Source: Chitinophagaceae bacterium
GTDB taxonomy: Bacteria > Bacteroidota > Bacteroidia > Chitinophagales > Chitinophagaceae
DNA: 64,000 nucleotides
Direction of reading: 5' to 3'
Assembly: GCA_947457465.1 (NCBI GenBank)
Contig: CANGWB010000005.1
Coordinates: forward strand, 11,829 to 75,828
Notes under the pieces: model-generated
What the model was told of the DNA's origin: nothing
What the model saw: only the letters and a program-made list of their open reading frames with translations
Database searches by the model: none
Program-made: the position numbers and the translations under genes
Shown: piece by piece, positions 47,397 to 57,026 of the stretch
Layout: each line of letters begins with the position of its first letter
Numbering within the stretch: the stretch's first letter is position 1

Positions 47397-48152
47397 TCAA
47401 CCAAGCGATACTTTGTTATTCAGCTCTTCGTCGACCAGAATACGACCGCAGTTCTCGCAGATCGTGATCTTTTTGTGCTGACGGATCTCACTTTGTTTCT
47501 GGGGCGGGATTGCGTTGAAGCAACCACCACAGGCATCCCGCTCAACAGGTACCACAGCAAGACCATTCCGATAGTTTCCACGGATCTTCTCGTAGCTGAG
47601 CAACAAACGGGCCTCTACAGAAGCTTTTGCTTCAGCAGCTTGCTTATTGAGTTCTTTCTCTTCTTTTTCGTTGGCGGTGATGATTTTATCCAGTTCTCCT
47701 TTTTTAGTTTGGAGAACACCGTCCTTCTCATCAATATTTTTCTTGGCAGCCTCTAAACTGATCGCCTTCAATGCGATCTCACCTTCCGCATCCTTGATGT
47801 GCTTTTTAGCCAGATCGATGTCGAGTTGCTGCATCTCAATCTCCTTGTTGATGGCCTCGAACTCACGATTGTTTTTAACGTTCTCGCTTTGCTTCTCGTA
47901 TTTCTTCAGCATCGCCTCTGAGTCAGCAATGGCGGCTTTGCGTTGCACGATGAATTCGTTCACCCCGTTGATCTCCTCTTCGATGCGGAGTTGACGGGCA
48001 CGGAGTCCGGCGATCTCATCCTCCAGATCAGCCACTTCCATGGGCAGTTCGCCCTTCAGGATGCGGATCTCATCGAGTTTACTGTCAATTTTTTGTAGAC
48101 GGAGCACTGAACTCAGTCGCTCTTCGATGGAAAAATCTTTAACGGCAGCCAT
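47397..48152 (-). CDS. Coiled-coil C4 zinc-ribbon protein (CT398/DUF164-like)
   Basis: LQKIDS.LDEI, long coiled coil, C-terminal CGGC...PPQ...CENCGRIL; follows nif3 as typical. Confidence 0.88.
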   Translation of the reverse strand: MAAVKDFSIEERLSSVLRLQKIDSKLDEIRILKGELPMEVADLEDEIAGLRARQLRIEEEINGVNEFIVQRKAAIADSEAMLKKYEKQSENVKNNREFEAINKEIEMQQLDIDLAKKHIKDAEGEIALKAISLEAAKKNIDEKDGVLQTKKGELDKIITANEKEEKELNKQAAEAKASVEARLLLSYEKIRGNYRNGLAVVPVERDACGGCFNAIPPQKQSEIRQHKKITICENCGRILVDEELNNKVSLG

Positions 48153-48172
48153 GAAACGGTACGATTTGCAGG

Positions 48173-49267
48173 TTAATGGTAGCAGACCGGATTGGTAGTC
48201 CGACCTGTTTTAAGGACGGCAAAGTTAGGGAATTTTCCGGCTAAAAAGCTCTGAATGAGGTCGATGGTAAACTGCTCAGATTCATAATGCCCCAGGTCGA
48301 CCAGCAACATCCGCCCATCTGCCTCGAAAAACTCATGATATTTCAGATCCGCCGTCAAAAAAACGTCCGCCCCGGATGCTAACGCCTTGGAAATCAGAAA
48401 GCTTCCGGCTCCCCCGCAGAGGGCCACTTTTTTGATGGGTCGATCAGCCGGACCGGAAAAACGAAGAACCGGCGTCCCGAAGAGATGCTTTATCCGGTTC
48501 AGAAACTCCTGCGCACCGATTGCTTCAGGCAACTCCCCGATCAACCCAGCCCCCACCCCAGGGTGTTCATTGGAGAGGCTGACCAAGTCATAGGCCACCT
48601 CTTCATATGGGTGAGCCTGCTTCAATGCCATGAGTACTTCTTTTTCCAAGTATGCGGGAAAGATCACCTCCAGCTTCCATTCCGCCTCCCGGTGCAATAC
48701 CCCGATTTCTCCCACGAAAGGATTTGCACCCTCCGAGGCGCGAAAGCTCCCTTCACCGGCTTGACGAAAACTACACTGATCATAGCGGCCGATATGACCC
48801 GCACCGGCCTGAAAAAGCGCAGTTGAAACTGCGTCTACATGAACAGACGGAACAAACGTATATAACTTTTTAAGTATCTGTTTCTGAGGGGATAGCACAG
48901 ATCGATGCAGTAAGCCGAACTGGTCGGCCATGCCCTTGCTGACACCTTCAATCACATTATCTAGATTGGTATGGATGGCATAAAGGCTGATATCATTCCG
49001 AATCGCCTTGATCAATGCCCTGCCAACATAGTGATTGGGATCGATCTTCTTCAGTCCACCGAATAAGATCGGATGATGCGCCACAACCAGGTTGCATCCC
49101 TTTTCCACGGCCTCGTCGATGACCTCCTCGGTGGCATCAAGGGCACAGAGCACCCCCGTACACACTAGCTGAGAATCGCCTGTGATCAACCCTGAATTGT
49201 CATAGGACTCTTGCAATGAACGTGGAGCCCACTGCTCCAATAGCTGAGTGATATCAGTGATTCGCAT
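48173..49267 (-). CDS. Nif3-like dinuclear metal centre hexameric protein with PII-like insert
   Basis: QESYDNSGL, VVAHHP, YAIHTNLD, AHPYEEVAYD, CGGAGS, DL.YH.FF, D.GHYESE. Confidence 0.93.
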   Translation of the reverse strand: MRITDITQLLEQWAPRSLQESYDNSGLITGDSQLVCTGVLCALDATEEVIDEAVEKGCNLVVAHHPILFGGLKKIDPNHYVGRALIKAIRNDISLYAIHTNLDNVIEGVSKGMADQFGLLHRSVLSPQKQILKKLYTFVPSVHVDAVSTALFQAGAGHIGRYDQCSFRQAGEGSFRASEGANPFVGEIGVLHREAEWKLEVIFPAYLEKEVLMALKQAHPYEEVAYDLVSLSNEHPGVGAGLIGELPEAIGAQEFLNRIKHLFGTPVLRFSGPADRPIKKVALCGGAGSFLISKALASGADVFLTADLKYHEFFEADGRMLLVDLGHYESEQFTIDLIQSFLAGKFPNFAVLKTGRTTNPVCYH

Positions 49268-49330
49268 GAGGGCAATTTACGAAGGGATTTTCCTATTGCA
49301 GGTATCGATCTGGGCGCTTACCTTGCCGCT

Positions 49331-49468
49331 ATGAAAAGGCTTTTCCTATTGCTCGCGATCTCTAACTCGACACCATTCAATCAGGGCCGAGGCGGTTTTG
49401 AAGCGGGGCTTGTGTATCGTTAGTACAACCCGAATACCGTATCGGATGCCCGTTGTCCGCGGTTTTGA
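49331..49468 (+). pseudogene. Internally deleted remnant of a PorP/SprF-family gene
   Basis: Frame reads MKRLFLLLAI-SNSTPFNQGRGGFEAGLVYR*YNPNTVSDARCPRF*: a signal-peptide start fused to a PorP-like C-terminus (compare FNGARGAFELSL...CPSF of the intact paralog at 61224-62261). Confidence 0.6.
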
Positions 49469-49520
49469 CGATTCAATCGAACCTTCCATTATTCAATTTG
49501 TTATATAAAAAATTCAAATT

Positions 49521-49991
49521 ATGGCATTACAAATAGGACAACCCGCTCCTGATTTCTCTCTGTTCGACAGCAACAAGAATAAGACAACCCTGAGTGAATT
49601 GCGAGGCAAGAACGTACTGCTTATGTTTTTCCCCCAAGCCTTTACAGGTGTATGTACCCAACAAGTATGCACGGCCAGAGACAACATGTCTCAGTATGAA
49701 CAAGCCAACGCCACCGTACTCGGTATTTCTGTCGACTCTGTATTCACGCTGGCTAAATTCAAGAAAACCGAGAACCTGAACTTCCCTTTGCTCAGTGATT
49801 TCAATAAAGAGGTTTCAACCGCCTATGGATGCCTGTACGATGAATGGATCCTTGACATGAAAGGTGTTTCCAAACGCGGTGCTTTTGTCATCGACGCTCA
49901 AGGCATCGTCCAATATGCTGAGGTTTTGGACAACCCAGGCAACTTACCCGATTTTCAAAAAATCCAGGAAATCTTAGCTGGACTTAAATAA
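49521..49991 (+). CDS. Peroxiredoxin (AhpC/TSA family, BCP/AhpE-like)
   Basis: G.PAPDF.L, FFPQAFTGVC (PxxxTxxC), GISVDS, PLLSD, R..FVID. Confidence 0.92.
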   Translation: MALQIGQPAPDFSLFDSNKNKTTLSELRGKNVLLMFFPQAFTGVCTQQVCTARDNMSQYEQANATVLGISVDSVFTLAKFKKTENLNFPLLSDFNKEVSTAYGCLYDEWILDMKGVSKRGAFVIDAQGIVQYAEVLDNPGNLPDFQKIQEILAGLK

Positions 49992-50029
49992 CTAGCTGAT
50001 AATCATCTTAATAAGATTTTTACTTCTGC

Positions 50030-50060
50030 ATACCGGCGTTATTTCGCCGGTATTTTTTTT
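50030..50060 (+). terminator. Intrinsic terminator after the peroxiredoxin gene
   Basis: ATACCGGCG-TTATTT-CGCCGGTAT followed by T-run. Confidence 0.8.
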
Positions 50061-50088
50061 CTGAGAAAATAAATCTAGCTTTGTTACG

Positions 50089-50430
50089 TTGCGAAAGCTT
50101 TTACTCATATCATTCTTCTGCCTCAGTGCTGGCTTGGTGCTGAATGCCCAATCTACTCGTGGTACGCTCCCAATGAGTGATGGACCCAAGGTTCGATTGT
50201 TCCCGAATCCGGCTACCACTTCCCTGCAAGTTAAATGGAATGAACAGCTGAAGCCTGCGAGCATAATGATCGTAAATGGGATCACCGGAAAACAGATGGT
50301 CTCAACGTCCATCAGTAACGGTCCCCTTCGAATCAATGTTGCTAATTACGTGCCTGGCATCTATGTATTCAGGATGTTCAGTAGCACTGGCACTTATCTC
50401 GGCGGTGCCACTTTTCAGGTATCCAAATAA
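50089..50430 (+). CDS. Minimal T9SS type A CTD protein (signal peptide + CTD, almost no cargo)
   Basis: 113 aa; signal ...VLNA|Q, then about 12 aa, then LFPNPAT...TGKQM...PGIYVF; TTG start 5 nt after TAGCTTTG. Confidence 0.75.
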   Translation: MRKLLLISFFCLSAGLVLNAQSTRGTLPMSDGPKVRLFPNPATTSLQVKWNEQLKPASIMIVNGITGKQMVSTSISNGPLRINVANYVPGIYVFRMFSSTGTYLGGATFQVSK

Positions 50431-50439
50431 TTCCCGCGT

Positions 50440-51612
50440 TTATTGTACTTGTACGATCAGGAACTTCAGGTATTGCGTGTTTTCTTGCCCCCATACGATC
50501 GGATGATCTGCCGATTGTGTCTGGTAGGTTACTTGTCGAATCTTTCGTCTTGCATCCTTGGCCGCCATTTCAATGATCTGCAAAAACAATTCGGGTTGGA
50601 TCAGATTGGTGCAAGAGGAGGTTACTAAGAAACCACCGGGTCGAACCAATTTCATCCCTCGCAGATTGATTTCCTTATATCCGGTGATCGCTTTTTGAAT
50701 GGTTTCGCGACTCTTGGTAAAGGCGGGCGGATCCAACATCACCACATCGTAAGACTTTCCCTCTTTGCCCCAAGACTTCAACACATCGAATGCATTGGCT
50801 GTTTCAAATCGACAACGGTCCGCTAAACCATTCAGGGCTGCATTCGCATTGGCCATCTCGACGGCCGAAGCAGATATATCCAAGCCCAATACGGAGCGGG
50901 CACCATAATGCGCCGCATGCACTTCAAAGGTTCCGGTATACGTGAAGGCCCCTAACACCTCGGCATCACGAACAATGTGTTGGATGGCTCTTCTATTATC
51001 CTGTTGATCCAGAAAATAACCGGTCTTCTGCCCTTTATCCAGATCCACATGAAAGGACAATCCATTCTCCTGTATCTTAATGCTGGTATCGAAGGGGGCA
51101 GACAGGAATCCCTTTTGTTGAGAAAGACCTTCCAGTTCACGAACCGGCACATCATTTCGCTCATAGATGCCCTTGGGTTGAAAAATCTTTTCGAGTGCGG
51201 CAACTATAGCCGGTTTCCATCGGTCGATTCCTAAGGCAAGGGTTTGTATAACAAAATGATCATTGAATTTATCGATGATCAGTTGTGGAATTCCGTCGGC
51301 CTCTCCAAAAACAAGTCGGCAGTTTTCGGTATATCCTAATTGCTTGCGGTACGACCAACAACGAGCGATCTGATCCTGGAAATACTCCTCATTGATAACC
51401 GCTTTCGAGTCGCGCGTGAGCAGCCGTAACCGGATTTGAGACTGGCTGTTGTAGTAGCCCTGACCTACAAATCGTCCGTCATGACTAACTAAGGTCACCA
51501 CATCGCCATCCTGGGCTGCAGAATCGACTGTATCGATCTCATTGGCGAACACCCAAGGGTGACCATTTATCACCCGGGGGGAAATTTTACGGCGCAATTT
51601 GGCGGTTAGCAT
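50440..51612 (-). CDS. RlmI-family SAM-dependent rRNA methyltransferase
   Basis: PUA domain GHPWVF, GEADG.P.LIID, ENG..F.VD...GQKTGYFLDQ, LDPPAF, TSSC. Confidence 0.9.
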   Translation of the reverse strand: MLTAKLRRKISPRVINGHPWVFANEIDTVDSAAQDGDVVTLVSHDGRFVGQGYYNSQSQIRLRLLTRDSKAVINEEYFQDQIARCWSYRKQLGYTENCRLVFGEADGIPQLIIDKFNDHFVIQTLALGIDRWKPAIVAALEKIFQPKGIYERNDVPVRELEGLSQQKGFLSAPFDTSIKIQENGLSFHVDLDKGQKTGYFLDQQDNRRAIQHIVRDAEVLGAFTYTGTFEVHAAHYGARSVLGLDISASAVEMANANAALNGLADRCRFETANAFDVLKSWGKEGKSYDVVMLDPPAFTKSRETIQKAITGYKEINLRGMKLVRPGGFLVTSSCTNLIQPELFLQIIEMAAKDARRKIRQVTYQTQSADHPIVWGQENTQYLKFLIVQVQ

Positions 51613-51732
51613 GCGGCAAAGTTAACCCGAAGCGGTTGCCCGGGTAGACAAAATGTCTTTTCCGCGGCGGATTTGTCCGACCCCACCACCACTGGTGCCA
51701 TAATTGAAGGTATTTTTGCGACTTGAAAGCAT

Positions 51733-52260
51733 ATGGAAAACAAAGAGAACATCCTGCCGGAAGAACCGCAGACAGAAACAACCGAACAAGCTGCCGAAAC
51801 AACGGCTCCCAGCGAATTGGAGATGAAATCGGCCGAACTGTTGGAATTGAAAGACAAGCACATTCGACTCGTGGCAGAGTTTGATAATTTCAAACGCCGC
51901 AACGCGAAAGAGCGGGTCGAATTGATCCAAACGGCGGGCAAGGAAGTCATTCAGTCGCTGTTGGACGTACTAGATGATTGCGACCGGGCCCAAAAACAAT
52001 TGGAAGGAACGGACGCCGATCCCGCCCTCAAAGAAGGAGTTATGCTGGTATTCAACAAACTCAGGAGCACCCTTCAGCAACGGGGATTGAAAACGATGGA
52101 GACCAAATACACTGAATTTAATGCCGATCTGCACGAAGCCATTACCGAGATTCCGGCTCCTAACGAGGAGCTCAAAGGGAAAGTACTGGACGAAGTCATG
52201 AAAGGATATTACCTGAACGATAAGATCATTCGCCACGCCAAAGTCGTGGTGGGAAATTGA
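51733..52260 (+). CDS. grpE: Nucleotide exchange factor GrpE
   Basis: [21 protein letters not shown]...LHEAI, GY.L.DK.IR.AKVVV. Confidence 0.96.
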   Translation: MENKENILPEEPQTETTEQAAETTAPSELEMKSAELLELKDKHIRLVAEFDNFKRRNAKERVELIQTAGKEVIQSLLDVLDDCDRAQKQLEGTDADPALKEGVMLVFNKLRSTLQQRGLKTMETKYTEFNADLHEAITEIPAPNEELKGKVLDEVMKGYYLNDKIIRHAKVVVGN

Positions 52261-52261
52261 T

Positions 52262-53425
52262 ATGAGCAAAAGAGACTACTACGAAATATTGGGTGTTGCT
52301 AAAACAGCCAGTGCGGATGAGATCAAAAAGGCCTACCGAAAAGTAGCCATGCAATTTCACCCCGACAGAAACCCGGGCGATAAAGCCGCTGAGGAAAAAT
52401 TCAAAGAGGCGGCGGAAGCCTATGAAGTGCTTAGTGATGCCGATAAAAAAGCACAATACGATCGCTATGGTCATGCCGGTGTATCCGGACAAGGCCGTGG
52501 GTTCGGCGGTGGCGGTAGCATGAACATGGAGGACATATTCAGCCAGTTCGGAGATATTTTCGGAGATGACCTTTTCGGAAGTTTCTTCGGTGGCGGACAA
52601 CGAGGCGGACGGGCCGGTCAGCGCAGCCGGGGTGTGCGTGGTAATAACCTGCGGGTGAAACTCAAATTGAATTACGAAGAGATCGCCAAGGGTGTCACAA
52701 AAAATATAAAGGTCAAGAAACATGTATCCTGCATCACTTGCGAGGGCAGCGGCGCAAAAGACAAGGGCAGTATGCAGACCTGCGGTGGTTGTGGCGGAAG
52801 CGGACAGGTTCGTCGGGTACAAAACACATTCCTCGGACAGATGCAGACGGTGACTACTTGCCCGAACTGTCACGGAGAAGGATCGACCATCACCGCCAAA
52901 TGTTCAAGTTGTAAAGGAGAAGGACGCGTGTTCGGTGAAGAGACCGTCAGCATCGACATACCCGCTGGTGTACAGGAAGGCATGCAGCTCAACGTGAGCG
53001 GAAAAGGAAACGCCGGTGAGCGTGGAGGCATGCCCGGAGATCTGATCATTCTCATTGAAGAAGAAGCGCATAAAGAATTGTACCGGGAAGGCCTGAATGT
53101 GGCCTATGAATTACACCTCTCCTTTCCGGATGCCGTATTCGGAACACAGGTGGAAGTCCCAACCATTGACGGGAAAGCGAAGATCAAGATCCCGGCCGGA
53201 ACCCAGAGTGGCAAGATCCTACGACTCAAAGGCAAAGGATTTCCATCTGTCAATTCCTATGAAAAAGGAGATCAATTGGTACAAGTAAGTGTCTGGACAC
53301 CGCAAGAACTCAATACGGAAGAAAAAGCACTGCTGGAGAAACTGGGTCAATCCCCCAACTTCAAACCCAGTCCGGATAAAAATGACAAGAGCTTTTTTGA
53401 TAAAGTGAAAGAAATCTTTTCATAA
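52262..53425 (+). CDS. dnaJ: Chaperone DnaJ
   Basis: J-domain with HPD, G/F-rich region, four CxxCxGxG repeats. Confidence 0.98.
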   Translation: MSKRDYYEILGVAKTASADEIKKAYRKVAMQFHPDRNPGDKAAEEKFKEAAEAYEVLSDADKKAQYDRYGHAGVSGQGRGFGGGGSMNMEDIFSQFGDIFGDDLFGSFFGGGQRGGRAGQRSRGVRGNNLRVKLKLNYEEIAKGVTKNIKVKKHVSCITCEGSGAKDKGSMQTCGGCGGSGQVRRVQNTFLGQMQTVTTCPNCHGEGSTITAKCSSCKGEGRVFGEETVSIDIPAGVQEGMQLNVSGKGNAGERGGMPGDLIILIEEEAHKELYREGLNVAYELHLSFPDAVFGTQVEVPTIDGKAKIKIPAGTQSGKILRLKGKGFPSVNSYEKGDQLVQVSVWTPQELNTEEKALLEKLGQSPNFKPSPDKNDKSFFDKVKEIFS

Positions 53426-53429
53426 CAGT

Positions 53430-53483
53430 AGAAAGTAGAAGGTTTATGGTTTAACTCTTTCCACGTTAAACATTCTACTTTCT
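53430..53483. terminator. Long hairpin between convergent dnaJ and vWA genes (likely bidirectional terminator)
   Basis: AGAAAGTAGAA-G-GTTTA ... TAAAC-A-TTCTACTTTCT, 16 paired bases with one mismatch and a 20-nt loop. Confidence 0.55.
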
Positions 53484-55231
53484 TACTTTCTCCCCTTCCT
53501 ACCTCTTTTCTTTTTTGGATGGTAGATCACATCTGCAGCCATCACCAGCTGTTGAAATTCTCGTTGATAAGGATCGGACCAGGCGATCGAGTTTGGAAGA
53601 AATTTCAATAGCCCCTCCCAATCTTCATCAGCTACATAGCCTGACTGACGAAGCAGCGAACCGAACCAGGTAAGTGAAGCCACGAAACGGTATGCCGTAT
53701 CTACTCCAGAAAGCATTTCCCAGGAGGGTCGTATCCATTCTTCTTGAAATTGCTTCACAGAGTCGTTCGGCAATCGATAATCGAGACGCATTTTAGCTAA
53801 TGGCGCAGCAGATGAATCATTATCCCGCATGCGCAATTCAAAAACAGACCAGGCTGCTTGTCCCGTGCCCACTTCGCCTCCTTGCAAACGTGCAGTGGAA
53901 TCTCGGAAGGCACCCATCTTGTTATCGAAACCGATCAATCTATACTCTAATACCCGATCTGGATTGAATTGTGCACTGAGCGTAGCCTCATCTGCAACCG
54001 AATACAAGGTCTGTGCAAATTCTTTGAATAGCACTTTTTCCGCCTCTTGAAATCCGTCCAGGTATGCAAAATTTCCATTCCCCCGCTTGGCCAAGGTCTG
54101 GATCTTTGAATCCTTGTAATTACCCATACCCACGCCCAAGCAAGTCAAATAAATACCACGTTCACTTTCTTGAGTGATCAACGCCTCGAGCTCATCTTCT
54201 GTTTTCAGCCCTACATTAAAATCGCCATCGGTTGCCAGAATAACCCGGTTATTTCCGCCGGGAATAAAATGCCGACGAGCTACTGAATAGGCCAGCTTCA
54301 CACCGGACTCTCCCGGGGTAGCTCCCCCTGCAACCAATGAATCGATCACGTTTCGGATCGTATCTTTTTCCTTTCCGGAAACCGTGTGCAACACTACATC
54401 GGTTATGCCACCATATGTGACAATGGCAACTGAGTCTTTCTCTCGGAGATTATCGACCAATTTGCGGAAAGCAGATTGCAACAGCGGTAATCGATTGGGC
54501 GTATCCATCGAGGCGGATACATCGATCAGGAAGGTGAAATGGGCTGGTGGCAGCGTATCCAAATTCAATTGACGGGCATTGGTTTGCACAAAGAGTAATC
54601 GGCGCTGTGCATTCCAGGGGCAATCGGTCAAGCGACTGTTCAACTGGAATACTGATGCGCTGTCTGGCGCCTGATAAGCCAAGTTGAAATAATTGAGCAT
54701 CTCCTCGATACGCACAGCATCGGCCGGAACGGGCGACTGCTGACGAATAAAACGACGGATGTTGCTGTATGAAGCACGGTCTATATTCAGCGAAAGACCC
54801 GTGCTGGGATACATCGAAGCATTCACATATCTGTTTTCCAATAGATCCGCATAGGTTTCATTACCCGTAAGCCAATTACGCGATTCCTGTCGGTTCCAGC
54901 CCAATGTCAGGGAGGACAATGAGTATTTGGGGCGTATCTCCGCCGGACGCTTCAACGTAACCTGAACATATTGATCGGATTCCCACCGGGCCGTCAAGGG
55001 CAAAAATCCATCGAGATAGAATTGAAAGGAATCGATCAGCGCTACAGAAGGGATCGAAAACGTTCCTTGTTCACTGGTTTTAAAAAGCAGCCCGGTCGAC
55101 AATTGAATGATCCGCGCATTGGTGATGATTCCCTGCTGTTCATCCTTGACAACCCCACGGAAAAGATATGGCTGCGCGTACAAGCCGGCACCCAGAAGTA
55201 GCCACGTACATATGATGATCGTGCGTATCAA
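53483..55231 (-). CDS. YfbK-like vWA domain protein (carboxypeptidase-regulatory-like + vWF_A + vWA + DUF3520)
   Basis: D.ASYSN.RR, VRIEEM.NYF.L.Y, LIDVSASM, ILATDGDFNVG, GMGNYKD, YRLIGFDN. Confidence 0.88.
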   Translation of the reverse strand: MIRTIIICTWLLLGAGLYAQPYLFRGVVKDEQQGIITNARIIQLSTGLLFKTSEQGTFSIPSVALIDSFQFYLDGFLPLTARWESDQYVQVTLKRPAEIRPKYSLSSLTLGWNRQESRNWLTGNETYADLLENRYVNASMYPSTGLSLNIDRASYSNIRRFIRQQSPVPADAVRIEEMLNYFNLAYQAPDSASVFQLNSRLTDCPWNAQRRLLFVQTNARQLNLDTLPPAHFTFLIDVSASMDTPNRLPLLQSAFRKLVDNLREKDSVAIVTYGGITDVVLHTVSGKEKDTIRNVIDSLVAGGATPGESGVKLAYSVARRHFIPGGNNRVILATDGDFNVGLKTEDELEALITQESERGIYLTCLGVGMGNYKDSKIQTLAKRGNGNFAYLDGFQEAEKVLFKEFAQTLYSVADEATLSAQFNPDRVLEYRLIGFDNKMGAFRDSTARLQGGEVGTGQAAWSVFELRMRDNDSSAAPLAKMRLDYRLPNDSVKQFQEEWIRPSWEMLSGVDTAYRFVASLTWFGSLLRQSGYVADEDWEGLLKFLPNSIAWSDPYQREFQQLVMAADVIYHPKKKRGRKGRK

Positions 55232-55256
55232 CGCTAGAAGTTACGAAAAAAGCAGC

Positions 55257-55796
55257 CTATGGGTTGGATAGTTGATAGATGGCATCATATTGACGCCCCC
55301 ACCCATCATAATCCAAACCATAGCCCACGACGAATTTATTCGGAATAACAAAACCAACATAGTCCAACACCAATGGGTGCACCGTCGCTTCTGCCTTGTG
55401 CAATAAGGTTGCGATACGAACGGAACGCGGCTGCTGCTGCTGGAGATGAGGAAGAAACTGATATAAGGTATTCCCGGTATCGACAATATCCTCCAGTAAG
55501 ATCACATCCCGACCGGCCAGGTCAACCTCCAAACCGATCGCAGTTGTGATACTACCGGTAGAACGCATGCCTTTATAGGAAGCGAGCTTAATGAATGAAA
55601 TCTCCGGATCGATGGTTAGATTACGGATCAGATCCGCCGTGAATAAAAACGAACCATTCAGGATCGACAGAAACAACGGACGCTCTCCTTTCAGATCGCT
55701 ACTGATCTGCTTCGCCATTTCGCGCACTCGGGTTTGTATAGTGGTCGCATCCAAATAAACCTCAAAGGACTTATCCAGTACCTGTATCTTATTCAT
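55257..55796 (-). CDS. hpt: Hypoxanthine phosphoribosyltransferase
   Basis: ILNGSF.F.ADL, LLEDIVDTG.T, FVVGYGLDY. Confidence 0.96.
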   Translation of the reverse strand: MNKIQVLDKSFEVYLDATTIQTRVREMAKQISSDLKGERPLFLSILNGSFLFTADLIRNLTIDPEISFIKLASYKGMRSTGSITTAIGLEVDLAGRDVILLEDIVDTGNTLYQFLPHLQQQQPRSVRIATLLHKAEATVHPLVLDYVGFVIPNKFVVGYGLDYDGWGRQYDAIYQLSNP

Positions 55797-55817
55797 GGGG
55801 ATCTATTTAAGGAAGGT

Positions 55818-56375
55818 TTATTTTGACCCGGAGACCGACACTGCCGCCTGGTCATATTGATATAAGCTATACGTTTCAATCAGTTGCAATAAGGCCTCTG
55901 GATATCGGGGAGATGTAGCATATCCTGCCCGTTTCAAACCATAAGCCCATCCCTTATAATCGGAGGGGTCTAATTGGAAAAGAAAGGCGTAATGCGGCCT
56001 TGTTCGGAGAAAATCAGAATGATCGCGATACGACTCCAACGCGGACTCATATTTTCGGAAGCATTCATTTTTGAAATCATCCGTATGCCTGATTGTCAGA
56101 CCGGTCCATTCTTTCTTGCACTTGATGCCGAAATGGTTATTGGCCTCAACAGCTAACCGACTGCTTCCGGCACCCGACTCAGCGATCCCCTGTGCCAAGG
56201 TGATGGAGGCAGGAATACCACTGCGCTTCATTTCCTCGATAGCAATAGAACTGAACCGTACGATGTAATCCATCACACGAGGGTTTGGCTTCTCGGCCGG
56301 CTGTGCCACAGTATATGAAACACATAGGCATAAAAGCCCGGAAAGAAGAATCGTTCTTGATCGTGTTGCAATCAT
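55818..56375 (-). CDS. GH73 glucosaminidase/muramidase (FlgJ-like peptidoglycan hydrolase)
   Basis: Signal peptide; IPASITLAQGIAESGAG, NNHFGIKC, ECFRKY, GLKRAGYATSPRY. Confidence 0.9.
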   Translation of the reverse strand: MIATRSRTILLSGLLCLCVSYTVAQPAEKPNPRVMDYIVRFSSIAIEEMKRSGIPASITLAQGIAESGAGSSRLAVEANNHFGIKCKKEWTGLTIRHTDDFKNECFRKYESALESYRDHSDFLRTRPHYAFLFQLDPSDYKGWAYGLKRAGYATSPRYPEALLQLIETYSLYQYDQAAVSVSGSK

Positions 56376-57013
56376 TTTTTTCGGATCAACATTAATCCAT
56401 CACGCAAGGGTACCGGAACCTGTTCTACCTGATCACAATCCCAAACATGCTTGGCAAAATCTAGCATTGCCTTGGCATTCTTTCCTTTCACCGGATCGGC
56501 CAGTACCTGCCCATGAAAAAAGATGTTATCCGCTAAGATAAACCCGTTTGGTCGCACCTTAGGAAGTAACATGTTAAAATACTCGATGTAGGATGTCTTA
56601 TCCGCATCCAGGAAAACGAGGTCCCAGCCTTCATTCAATGAAGGCAAAATCTCGCGGGCATCCCCGATCAACAGCCGGATCCGATCCCGGAAGGAAGACT
56701 TATTAAAATAAGATTGCGCTAGACCGGCATCTGCCTCCCTTGCCTCAATGGTATATAGCTGGCCGTACTCGGTCAATCCGCTAGCCAGGCAAAGCGCGCT
56801 GTATCCGGTGAACGTACCGATCTCCAGTATGCGACGGGGTCGAATCATTTGACTGATCATACAGAGAAACTGACCTTGCTGCGCGCCACTTAACATGTGT
56901 GCTTCCGGGTGATGCGCCCTCGTATATGTTTCGATCTCCTGCAATAAATCCGGGAGCGGACTCACCAAACGGTCCATATATGCCTGCAATGCTTCCGGTA
57001 TCAATGTCTCCAT
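56372..57013 (-). CDS. Class I SAM-dependent O-methyltransferase (CCoAOMT/YrrM-like)
   Basis: MLSG..QG.FL, LEIGTFTGYSAL, FLDADK..Y, ADN, RDGL. Confidence 0.92.
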   Translation of the reverse strand: METLIPEALQAYMDRLVSPLPDLLQEIETYTRAHHPEAHMLSGAQQGQFLCMISQMIRPRRILEIGTFTGYSALCLASGLTEYGQLYTIEAREADAGLAQSYFNKSSFRDRIRLLIGDAREILPSLNEGWDLVFLDADKTSYIEYFNMLLPKVRPNGFILADNIFFHGQVLADPVKGKNAKAMLDFAKHVWDCDQVEQVPVPLRDGLMLIRKK

Positions 57014-57026
57014 AGAGCAGCTTCGA

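Noticed and set aside
51733-53425. grpE-dnaJ without dnaK
   Set aside because: Common in Bacteroidota; dnaK is usually elsewhere.
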